From Podarcis erhardii (taxonomy: Eukaryota): 64,000 nucleotides of DNA. The stretch lies in assembly GCA_964252035.1 (NCBI GenBank), contig OZ176203.1. The stretch is one strand, 5' to 3'. The translations under genes were made by a program, and so were the position numbers. This document shows positions 26,701 to 39,500 of this stretch, piece after piece (positions within the stretch are counted from its first letter, which is position 1; each line of letters starts with the position of its first letter). The notes beneath the pieces were generated by a model. The model was not told the origin of the DNA and searched no databases. It worked only from the letters and a program-made list of their open reading frames with translations.

Positions 26701-29700
26701 TCCCATCCAACCCCCTTTTAATTCTTTTAATTCTTCCAAGCACGTAGAGCTGAATGCACACAAGTTTTATCTGCATAAGTTGCAGGCTTACTGTGTGCCA
26801 CCTTTTCAGGAGCTCTTCTTATGAGAAATGTATTTGGTGCAAGAATACCCGTGAGTATCCCACATGTTCGTTGCCTCCAGTTAGACATTGCCTCCAGTTA
26901 GACATCTTGTCCCTAGAAACTGATAATATACATTTCTCTTATTAATCTCTTATTATTAATCTCTTATTCTCTTATTAATTCTCTTATTAATCTTGTTGAC
27001 TGTGTACCCTACAAACCTGTATTTCAGCAATTAAATCTGATGTGGGACAACAATTAGCTGTTAAGCTACTATATGAGAGAAGGTCGGTCCAGGAACCATA
27101 GACTTAACATTGAAATTGGAACGGCCTCTATAAACCAAAATTCCCATTTGAGATTTTCACATTGCACATATAAAGCGCCAAATATAGAACACTCAAGTAT
27201 ACAGGGGTGATAAGAAGAGACTGTGGAGGAATGCTTCTCCTCTGTGTGCTGCACTTCTGCAGACTGTTCAGAAAAGGTGAAATACCAAGTTGTTGTAAAC
27301 TTCTTAGGTTGAGCTGTGAAATTCTTCAGGGGAATGCTAAAAATTCTATTTTTATCTGTTGCTACCAATAATGTCAATAGTTGAAATCAACAGAAAATAG
27401 CTATTTCTTGGAATGTAATAGATACTGAGTGCTTTTATTTTTTATTTTTGCATTTGGAGTGCTCCTGTCTGTTCTTCTGTAAACTAGTGTTTGTGCCCTT
27501 TTTCTTATTCTAAGTATGTAGGTATTTTGCATGTAGTGTTGCAACATTGCCTTCACAATCACTTGCTCAGTGATCAGTTTTACAAATGTGCAAGAATGAA
27601 ATTGATGATGTATGTCCTCCTTTAATGCTTTCAAATAAAGAGAAAATACCTAAAAGTAATGTTAAATCTTTTTTAGATTTCTAGCCAGTTCTGTTTCAGG
27701 TATTTTGGTCAGACAGTACTGTTTTATGTATTCGTTCATGAATCACATCTCTGCCAAAGAGCACCTAAAGCAACTTGCAGCCCTGAAACATAATACAGTC
27801 ACTTTAAGAAATTCTAATCTTATCATTGAAAACACTAGTAGCACAAACTTATCATAAAAATAGTACAAGAAACTTAAAGCTAGTCTGCAGACTAACATTT
27901 TTCTTAACAGAGCATAAAGATGAAACAGCAACACAGTTTTCATTAAAAGCAGTGGTAAATCAGTCATATAACACAAAAAGCAGCAGAATAAAATAAAATC
28001 CCATTAGAACCAAATACAAAAATAGTACACATTTAAAATATCAGTGTAGAGCTATCAAATACTGTACTAATTTAATCTGGTCACTAAAGTTCAGAAGGAT
28101 TATGATGCCTATGTTTTGGAGAGTTCTGGGGCAGCAAAACTAATGAATGCCCCTGTGCCATGGTTGTACAGGCTAGGGACTTGATCCTCAAGCCTGATTA
28201 TGACCAAATTTCAAATAACATATGACCTAGCTACCACTTCACCACAGAACTTCTACTCTACATACCTGTTTCAAACCTGCTGTGTTGAAGGCCTTGTAAA
28301 CCCAGGCACACCTGAGACCTGAGACACAACAAAGAAGTGCATGTGTGGCTTGCTGGTGGCGGCAGCAATTGCAGCGCTCCCTGCTAGGGTGAGAGCTTCC
28401 TGGGCTTGCTGGTTGAACTATAACAAGACGGCTAGCACAGTGTGGTGCCCTCCAGGTGCTGTTGGACTCCAGCTTCCATTATCGCTGACCATTGGCTGAT
28501 AGATGGAGTTCAGCAACATCTGGAGTTGTCTACTATGCTATATATTATTACTTGTTTCTATTCTATAGCAAATGTAAATATATTTGACTGCTGATTTCTC
28601 CTCCCCTCCTCCTCTGGTGACTAACACATAGTGGCCTGCATCCAGAGTTCCTGTGAATGTAATTTGCTTACAGGAACCTACTGCTAGAGGAAGCTGGTGG
28701 GGAGCTGATTTTTTTTTGCTGATTCTTCCTTCTCCTTGCCCCCTGAATATCTGCTCTGGAGATTTGGAGATCCCCTCTATGTCAGATAATGTGGGGGATT
28801 GATAGGGGGAATTGGAGAAAATTGCCTCCCTTTCCTCCATGGGGAGCATCCGTTGGATTGCATTCCCTTTTGCAATAAACTTTTCTGTTTGCAGAACAGT
28901 AATTTGTGTGTTTCGTTATTGTCTTGTCCTCATATCAAAATGTAGGGCAAATGTCTGTTTTCTTGACATTTATAGCCGATTCCCAGTGTATGCACCGTGA
29001 GCAAAGGACACTTGATGTATCATAACAGCTTTAAGAGTCCTGCTGGATCAGACCATCTTGCCAGCATTTTGATTCTCACCAGGGCTTGGCAATATCAGGA
29101 TTTCAACATCATGATATATCACCAGCTATATAGCAATATAGCTATAGCAATATAGCAATATATCATGATGTCTGAAAATAAGGAGGGAGAAGGAATTAAG
29201 GTGGGGAAGCAGCAGCAGCAGCTGAGTGTTGATTCCTAGATTTGTATTGCTCTCTCCATATCAGCCCTGCAATAGCCAGGCAGCTACACCACAGGGTTCT
29301 TTGCTCCTGTTGTGCATACCAGTGTTAGAAACTCGGATATATAAGCTAGGCGCCAAAATGGTTAAACCACGGTTACAGTTGCCAAAACGGAATGCCTAGT
29401 TGCCATTTCTCGGCAAGACAGCTCTATAAAGTCGTATTCTTCAAATGATTTACTGACTGTAATTATCAGTTTAACATCGGGTTAGTTCAGATGGCAACCT
29501 TGAGCTAGGTTAAGAATTTTGAGAACTTAAAGGAGAAAAGTCACTTGATCCAGGAACAGTCCACATATATATTGGCCTATTCCTGCCTTTTTTCTTAATG
29601 CTGACTACTGCTGCTCAGGCTGCTCAGAAAAAGAGTTTTAGAAATTCATTCTGATTGTGCAGATAAAATATATCTGATAGAATTCTACAGGATGGGTTAT

Positions 29701-32700
29701 TAATGTGTGAAAACAGTCTCCAGGTATGTACCTCCTGATGCCCAGGCATCTTCACTTGGTTTAAAGTGGTTTTGGACTGATTTCGAACACTGCTTTCAAT
29801 GAGTGTAATTCAGATGGGAATGCTAGTGAATTTATTTATACCATGCACCCCTTCCGGTACCCTCTACTACTGAACTGAGCTATATTGATGGTGGTAGGAA
29901 TAATGATGGTGGGCCCAGCTAGAGAACTGGCATTTGTCAAAGTTTGCCCTGGGTTTAGGAGGGGCGGGGTTGGTGGAGTGATACCATCTCAAAGCAAGAA
30001 TAAGAAACTAATCGGGCATCTCACATCCTCTCCTGTCAGTAAGTGGTGATGGCTATAGCAACTGGGTCTAAGGGAAATGTTGAGAAGCCTGAGGTAATGG
30101 GTTCCAGTAAGGAACCGCTCACATACGTGTGTTACACTGATAGGTTGTATACCAGCACTTTGCTGCTTCACAGCAAAAGGGAACTAGCTTTGATTGCATA
30201 AGACCTTAAGTGTCCTTAAGTGTCACATGGTGACCTCCAAACCCATATTGGGAACATGCAGCAGTTTATTACTCTGTGGAAAAGTCCCCTATGCACTTGG
30301 GGAATATGTCTAATGCTTTTTAGTAATGTTTTTTAAACGAGATGGTTTTAAAAACTCCCATAGAAATTGTCGGGACATAATTTTAAAACCTTAGTTGACA
30401 GTTTCGTCCATTATCTGCAAATAGCTGGTGAGAAAGTCCAAAATGGAAATTGTGCATTATTTGAAAATTTGAGATGCATTAATTTATTACAAGATGATTT
30501 AGGGATTATTTTAGCTGAAAAAACCAAAAGTAAACAAAAGGTGGTGTCAAAGTGTCAGTCTTTGACTTGTGTTTTTGTTACGGGACTTTTAGTAGAAAAT
30601 GTAGGAGCAGTTGTCAAACATGCAGCACCTGATGTTCAGTCTTTCTTAAGTTTTCCATCCATCTTGGTGTTCTTTGCTATGGCATTTGGATTTAGTGTAA
30701 AACTGTTTGTGCAGTTAGTTCTCCAAGATGTGTAGTTGTAACCTTCCAGCCCATAGCTCCTTCTTGGCCTCTGCCAATAGAATAAATTATGTAGCTTATT
30801 CTATATGCATAATTTTGGAGGTTTGTTTCACACAGAGGATGTTTGCAAACCCAGCCTTAGCATTGCTACACTTCTTTTCCGACAAAATGCTAAGTGCCAC
30901 TGCCTGCTTTTCCAGCTTTGTGGTTGCCTTGTTTAGAACATCCCACTGATCACTCAGATATCTCTTTGTGCACATTCCCACTATTACAGGAAGACCACAA
31001 CTTTTATGTTAATCCTTACTTAGCATTAATGAACCTCTGTTCCCAAAGCCTAATCTGCCAGCCTTGCAAAATAACTTTGTAATCCTATCTGCCCTTTAAC
31101 TGATACACAGCCACTCTGTGCTTTCTTCCTTGTTTTCTCATCATAACCCTGTATTTTACTCCTTCCCTCCCCTACCTGTGAAAAAGACTACAGTATTGGA
31201 GCACTATTGTAATAGCTGACTTCATTATTGTTCGCTATTTATGGGCATACTTATAACAGAATTCTTGGGGCAGTTTACTTTGGGGAATAAGCCAAATTAA
31301 AAATTAATAACGAAAACTATAATATGATGTAGCTGAAAACCCAGGTAGCAGAGAGTAAAACAATTAAGAGCTAAAAGAGATTTAAAACACCCTGTGCAGT
31401 AGCTGATTTAAAAGGCCTGGTGGCAGGACAGCCCCAGCATTCTCAACTGTTTGCAGAAGGACAATGACTAGTCTCTTTAAAGTCCAAGGGACTGGGCTCT
31501 TAAAAATCCAAGGGATTGCCAGAGCAGAATATTATTCTGGCATAACGTGAATCTTTTATTGGCAGAGAGTCTGAAGTACACTGATTTGGAGAATTTCTAA
31601 CATGTTGGCAATGGCTCTTACTTGATAATTGCAAAAATAATAGTAAGCTGAACATTGCTGCTCCTGACAGAAACTTATTTGAAGAAATAGTGAGATGATT
31701 ATTGCACATGCATTTTATTTTCATTGGACTCATAGTCTGATGGAAAAGGAGAGCAAAAATGATGTGGTATGAGAAACAGTTTTCCTATTCAGCATCCATT
31801 TCCTCCAAATCAAAGTTTTAAAAGCTATTACAGTTTTAAGTACTCTGCAAAATGTAGTTGGAAGGACAGTTTCTACTGAAAAATTACAGAGCTGATCATT
31901 TTCTACCATTACTTTTCCCAGATTTTTTAAATAATATAAACATTCACATTGCGCCATTAGAGCTCAAAGCTGCAGTAATTTTTTCCTGTGCCAAAATCTA
32001 GCATGTTCTGAAATGATAGGCATGGTAGGGTTTAGAAAACTTTTAGTGCAGCCAATTAAATATCAGTTATCAACTGATTATGATTTTGCTTCATATATTA
32101 ATACTGACTCTTCCTGTGTTCAGGCTTTTGTAGACAAAATCACACCATCTACATGCAAGAGAGAAGTACAGGCTTGGAATAATTCAGAGTTACACCCAAG
32201 TTCAAAAATTATGCAGGGAAAAAGCCCTAAGGGGTAAAAGAGCCCCTGAACATCTCCACAAAAACTCAGTTTTGTGGAATGCTGAGAGGAGGCAAACCCT
32301 GACAACCTGGTGGAAGAGAGAGATAGAATGGAGTGCTTGGAACATGTGGACAAAGACATTATAGATCGTAGATATAGGTAACTAATTAGTAAGAACCATT
32401 CTCTGAGCTAGGAAGTGACCTATTCAATATTGAGATGTTTCTTCTATGTGAACTTAGTTGCGGTGTTGCAGGAATCAGCATTGACACAGTGGGATTCCCC
32501 GTGCCCTCAGTGCCATCCCCAAATCTGCTCTGAGGTGTTGGGAGGCACCCAGAACAGATTTTAGGGGGCGCAGTGGGAGGAGAAGGGGATAATGTTCTAT
32601 TACGCAACGAGAAATCCTTACATTGATGGGACGTTCACCTTAGGACTATGTTGAATACAACCCCTAATGTATATATGTTGCCTTTAGATTCTTGTTCAAC

Positions 32701-35700
32701 ACCTGGCAATAGCTAAGGCATATTGTAAAAAATGTCTAATAATTGAAACTTAAATGGATAATAGTCACAATAATCAGAATTTTATATTTTTGTTTCTCAG
32801 GTGCTGGTGATCAGAATCTCTTCAGTTCTCTGTATCCAACACTTTCTCAGCAACTCCCAAGAGAGCCCATGGAATGGAGAAGGTAGTTCCACTTTTCTTC
32901 ATTATATGCATTGGGCAAGGAATCAGTGCAATGATGCCCTCTAGCAGTCTCTTGACAAGACTTGAGATGAGTTTAGAAACTTAGAAGGAATAGACATTGC
33001 AAGTTTTCAGAGGTGTGAAGTAGCTCGCAATTAATTGTTACACCTTTTACTTTGTCCTGTTTCATTGTCTTAAAAGTATAACTATTCTGGCTAAAAGTTT
33101 TGGGTGGATGCTGCAAACATAATTCCTGTTTCAGAATAGAATATGTGTTAAGATAATAGAAGAATGTAAATAGAAATCACTTGAAAATGAGGGATTTACC
33201 TATTCTAACTGTTCATAAGGTTCATGGTAAACAAAAAATGAAATGTCTTCCATTAAAAACTTCTGTAAGTTCAGATTTGCTTTTTGTAAGAGAAGATAAG
33301 TTTACACAATTTTTAAATACATTGTACTACTGCATCTGGATTTCTGAACTGAGTATTGCCATCTTACCATAGCCAATATATTTGCCCTACATGCTTTCTT
33401 TTTCTCAGCTTTGCTCTGTGTGTAGTAATATCCGTGTTCTATATACTATTCAGATCTTATGGGCGTGCTCCTAAGATGATTCATCTGGAATCTAATTTTG
33501 TACAATTTAAAGAAGAGCTACTACCTAAAGAAGGGAACAAAGCTCTTCTGACATTTCCCTTTCTCCATATATATTGGACAGAATGCTGTGTAAGTACGGG
33601 TGTGTGTTTTAAAATATGAACTAACAGCTAGGTAATTTGTAGTTAGCTTTTCATTCTCTTATAGTTTGTGGGTGAACTTATTAAACTTATGGGCAAGGGG
33701 AGCTCTGTGCCAACTAGAATTATGCCTCATCTAGTTAGCAAAACTAGTGTTAACAGTGTGTATTTAAAGTAAACTGTTGAAGACTCTTTTACAGAGAGAT
33801 CTGTCAAGTGAAAATACTAGAGGGCCCCCCCCCCCAATTCAGTTTGATAGTTTTAGAACTCCCCACCCTCTGGCGTTCCAGGAAAAAGCATTTCAAGTAT
33901 GTTTCAGTAAACCTGATGTTGTGTTTAATCTTTTATATCCTTAGGACACAGAAGTGTACAAAGCTACAGTAAAAGATGACATCACCAAGTGGCAGAATGT
34001 TCTGAAAGTTCACAGCTCTATGGATTGGTTAATTGTAGTGGTAGAGTGTGATGCCAAGAAAAAAAACAAAACAAACATCCTTCCCCGAACATCTATAGTA
34101 GATAAAATAAGAAATGACTTCTGTAACAAGCAGAGTGACAGGTAAGTAATTCTGGAGCTTAAGAATTTTTATTTATTGTATTTGTAGCTGGACAACTTTT
34201 GATAGTCTTTCATCTGAGGAAAGGGTGGGGCATCTTGGGCCCTCTTCATGTTGCAGGACTGCAGCTCCCATCATTCTGACCATTGGGTGTACTATTTTGG
34301 GCTGGTGAGAGTTGGAATCCACAATGTATCTTAGCAATGTAAGGTTGGACCCTTGTTATATCCAAAAGTATTGGGAAAGAGAAGCTTCAGAGCTCGATCC
34401 GTTCCTGCCATTAGAGATGCTGGGGGACTGCTTCAGATATTATGTTTGCATGTTGCCAACATCATAGAAGTCTAGTGCTTGTCAACATGCTTATAAAAAC
34501 AATTTGGATCCTAGATAACTAAGATTGTTATACTGTCAAACATGGCTTACATTTTGTGTCTTTGTGGCAGCTCTTAGAAAGAATATTTGTTATTACTCTC
34601 TGAGTCTCTTCTAAATGATATCATCTAGTATTTATCAACAAACCAATTTTTCCTAGTAAGTTATGAGAGGGTAAAAGATAACTTTGTTCTACAAGTGATC
34701 TGATACTTATTCAGGTATTCATGGGCTCCAACTCCTGTCGGCCTCAGTAAGTGACTGGGGATGATTGAAATTGTAATCAAGCAATGTTGGGCTCTCCACA
34801 GGTTTCACACCTCTGATTTAAAATTGCTTGCTTATTTTAAGAATGATTCTAATACATGTGAAGTAGTCCTTTAGTTTGTACTTATTTTGTAACTTGGAAC
34901 ACATGCTATAGAACGATATAGTGTGTGAATATGTATACAAGGGCTTATTAGAAACCTGGACATACCACATTAGTTGAGAGGATTCCATACTAGGCATTAT
35001 TCAGTGCTGCAGTTGCACAAGAACGCTCAAAACAGTTCCCTGTACGTTTGTTTGTTCCTTCCTTCCTTCCTTCCTTCCTTCCTTCCTTCATCCATTCATT
35101 CCTATGTTGTTTATATGCCAAAATGGCTTCTACTATTCTACTGCAGCCTCAGTGCTCCCTGAGGGGGCACTCAGGAAAGGCCTGACATGTAGGACAAGAG
35201 GAAGTGGGGAATTGGTGGAAATAAGGCAGAGGCAGCTCACTTTTATATTTATATATGTACATTTGTACTCTAGCCTGTCTTTAAAACTCAGACCAATTAG
35301 CACTTGGATAAAACATACAGTCATGCTGGCCACATGACCCGGAAGCTGTCTGCGGACAAACGCCGGCTCCCTTGGCCTATAGAGCGAGATGAGCGCTGCA
35401 AGCACAGAGTCGTCCGCAACTGGATCTAATGGTCAGAGGTCCCTTTACCTTACCTTTAAAACATACACTTAACCTGCAGTGGAAATAGCTCTTGTTGTTA
35501 CTCTCTAACAAATCACATAGTTTCTTAGGGTGTAAGTCATTGGTCACAAAGTTGAAGTTCCATGGAGTCCATGCTTAGAAATCATTTGATAGGAAGAAAC
35601 CACAGGGTTTTGTAACTGGTGAGTGTTGCAAAATAGGCTGGTGAAAGAAAATATTTCAGAATATTTTGAAACAAAAAATAAGTCTATTGGCTTTCTTCCA

Positions 35701-36505
35701 GTTTGACCACTTTCATAAAACTTTCCAAATGAAAATTCACATTCTTGTTCAACCAGGAACAGAGCAAAGTGGCAAAGATTTAAGTCTAGCTCAGTTGGCA
35801 GTGCATGAGACTCTTAAAGAATCTCAGGGTCATGGGTTTGAGCCCCACAGGGGGCAAAAGATTCCTGCATTGCGGGGGGTTGGACTTGAATTCTGTGATT
35901 CCTCCTCTGGAAGAAAGCAGGGCCAGCAAGAAATGTCCACTCAAGAGGCTTCTGCCTTTCGGTGGGAAGCAGGGGATGGAATCCAATATAGTGCTAAGGA
36001 GAACATTTGGCCAGTGCAGTGATTCCTGTTCTGGCGCTCTCCCAACCCTACAGAGCAGATTTAGGGATGGTGCATGGGAAGGTGGGAGGGTAAGTCCTGT
36101 TGTTCAAGTGAACATCCTTGCACCATGGGGCATGTCAATACAGCACTGTTCAAATTTATATTTGTCCTAATGCTACTATGCAGGTCAGGGTGGGATTGCT
36201 AATATTAACAGGGCCCCTTTTGAGCTGCCAATAGAGGCCAGGTTTGCTTGGGTCTTGCCATTTTCTCAGCCTTGTCTTTCTCCTCACACTTTGGCACTTA
36301 GATAGGAAATAATGATGCACCAAAGCAGCTCGTAATTGCACTCTCCATTGCTAAAGTTGTGTCCTTAGGCAGCACTGTTTTTGGATATCCCTTTGCTGCC
36401 TGCTCTCTTATTGGCTTAATCAGAATGGAAAGTTGGATACCCTGGATAACAGGCTGGCCTATTTTGCTAATATTGGGATATTTTTGGAAGGAGGACAGAG
36501 CTTGT

Positions 36506-36545
<40 letters not shown>

Positions 36546-39500
36546 CATGCCGCATGTGGATATTATTTAGGTACCTCTGAGGAGTTCCTTTTGACCAAAC
36601 CTCTTCTAAGCACTCTGTGTCCTTTTTCTTTACTTCTTTACTTTATAACACTTCAGTGCAAGTGATCTGTCTTGGGTTTTTGCTCGTGAAAAACCTACAA
36701 CACAGAAACCTTGAAACTGGGTGGTTCTCCCCTGCAGAGGGGTTGTCGCTTGTTGGCCCCTCCACTTTGTCTTAGGAGGAGCACTTTTTAATCTTTTACA
36801 TTTGTTTTGTTTTATTGATTTTTTTAGGGTATAATTTTAAAACACCTTGAGACTCTGGTGGTGTGAAGTGATAAAACCATTTCCCCATTATTCTTGCTAA
36901 AAAGAAAGTAACCTCCTAGCAAGTCTGGTATCCCATTTGATTTGTCCATTCTTTACCAAAATATTAATTAATCTAGCTCAGTTGGTTAGAGCATGGTGCT
37001 GATAACACCAAGGTCGCAGGTTCGATCCCCCATAAGGGACAGCTGCATATTCCTGTATTGCAGGGGGTTGGACTAGATGATCCTCGGGGTCCCTTCCAAC
37101 TCGTATGATTATACGATTTTATGATTCTTTCCTCCTTACAGATGTGTAGTGCTATCTGACCCCTTGAAAGACTCTTCCCGCTCTCAGGAGTCCTGGAATG
37201 CCTTCTTGACAAAACTCAGGACCCTGCTTCTCATGTCTTTTACCAAAAACCTTGGCAAATTTGAGGATGACATGAGAACTTTGAGGGAGAAGAGGACAGA
37301 GCCAGGATGGAGTTTTTGTGAATATTTTATGGTCCAGGTATAGTAAAGCAATCTATGGAAAAATAAACCTTTTTAAAACTAGCCTTGTACTGCTTGCATC
37401 AAACAGTGTGTTTGCATTAAACTGTTTCCTTTAGATTGCATAGAGCTAAAATCATGAGAAAAAGTTTTTGTTTCAGTGTTTGATTTTTCTTGCATGAGTC
37501 AATTTAGTTACCTTGCACAGAGCTTATAGAAAAGGGACCTAAAGATGCAAACCAGTACCCACTTTGTACCACCAAGATTAACACATTTTCAAGAGTGAAG
37601 ACTTTTCTTAAAAATTGGCCCTTGATTTCCTAAGAGTAGTCTTCGGTTATTTTTGCCGGGGCGGGGGAGATACTAAGTACTGTACAATTTTTGTTGCTAC
37701 AGTTTTGTTGCTTCCATTTTGTTGCACCCTAACTATTAACATATTTTTTCTTTATATATTAAAAGGAAGAATTGGCCTTTGTCTTTGAAATGCTGCAGCA
37801 ATTTGAGGATGCCCTTGTGCAATATGATGAGCTGGATGCCCTGTTCTCCCAGTATGTTGTCAACTTTGGAGCTGGTGGTAAGTAGTTAAATCAGAAGTGT
37901 AATTGAGCATTTCCATGAAGAGATCTGATGACTTTTGCTTTGCAAAATTAAATTCGAGCAATCCAAGGGTGACAAATAATCCACTTGATTGTGTAAACTT
38001 TTTATTTCCCCGTAATAAGAAGTGTATTCAACAGAAAACTTTCATACGGATGTGTGTAGCTTAATTCACATTACTTCAATGTGCCAGGTGTCGTTACCTC
38101 TCACTGTGTGTGTTTTGCATAGATGGCGCAAACTGGCTGACTTTTTTCTGCCAACCGGTGCGAAGCTGGAACGGGCTGGTTCTTCGTAAGCCAATAGATA
38201 TGGAGAAAAGAGAACTGATTCAGAACCAGGAAGCCACACTGTTAGACCTGCGCAGTTACCTCTTTTCTCGCCAGTGCACATTGTTGATCTTTCTCCAGAG
38301 ACCGTGGGAGGTATCTCAGCGAGCGCTAGAACTTCTCCACAACTGTGTGCAAGAGCTAAAGCTCCTTGAAGTAAGTTTATGTAAATTAATCCATCAAGAG
38401 ATTTAATGCTTAAATTTCCTCCCTGGCTCCTTGTTTGCTCTGGATTATAGAGTGACCAAAAACAGGGGTGGGCAAAAGAGAGATTGGGGTCTGCGGGTAG
38501 ATTTCTGGGTGATTTGAAGTATGTCAGCAAGGATTCACACTCCTGGTCGTTTAACAATAGCTACAACCAAAAGATATTTATTATTGCTATTATTATTTAA
38601 ATTTAAAGTCTATTATGATGAGAAATGCTGGTGGAGGTGGGAACCAGGAGTAAAATTTTGTGTGTGAAAGGACTGTGAGCTCAATTCTGTTACTAAAAAC
38701 AAATTTCTGATCCCAGCCGAGTGTCTGCTCATAGTTTTACATTGCCTCCTGACACTATTTGCATCTGACTTCTTTTTGTTGGGTCTTGGGGTTCTAATAA
38801 AAAGACAAACTCAAAGTAAATCCCGCAAACCTGAAGTCTTCCCAACCCTGAGCTTAAGGGTCGTTTAGGGTGGCAAGAACTTGAGCCTCCTTTGGAAAGT
38901 GATTAGTTAGTTTGTGTGGAAGTTTGTGGTGTCTGGCAGGAGATGATAGATTGTCCTCAAGACCTGGCTTTGTGTTGCATGCAACCCGCCGTTAAAAGCC
39001 GTTAGTACTAATCTATACATTTTTTGCCTTATAAGAATAAACGTTGGGTCTGAACTATGTCTTTGTTGTTCTTATCTTTAGGTCTCTGTTCCTCCTGGCG
39101 CTTTGGACTGTTGGGTCTTCTTGAGCTGCTTGGAGGTTTTGCAGAGAATAGAAGGTTGCTGTGATCGGTCTCAGATTGATGCCAATGTCTCCCACACAGT
39201 CGGCTTATGGAGTTACGCCACTGAAAAGGTAAACAAAGGGAGTTATGCATGTTGCCAAACTGTCAGTGGTAAAGTTTCGTAGTTACAATCACAGTACAAC
39301 TTTTGTTTAATGGGAGATAGGCCAATATGATACTGAAGTTCTGCTTCTAACGGATCAGACAAATGTTTGCAAGGTCAGTGCACTCATTTTACTACTTAAC
39401 CAAACACTGTACCAGGATACATTTGACTAACTACATTCCCAGATAATGAACTTTTGTACTTCTTGCATCAGTCTAGCTGACAATCTTCCCCCCCCCCCAA

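Noticed and set aside
30367-30735. 122-aa plus-strand ORF with a hydrophobic C-terminus in intron 1
   Set aside because: TTG start, no homolog recognised, no promoter or splice support; hydrophobicity follows from T-rich DNA.
35787-35865. Possible tRNA-Lys gene
   Set aside because: 4-nt insertion at the anticodon loop, damaged stems and a fused CR1-like tail indicate a SINE.
36974-37040. Possible tRNA-Ile(GAT) gene
   Set aside because: The acceptor stem is missing, it continues into a CR1-like tail and a second diverged copy lies at 40755; treated as a SINE.
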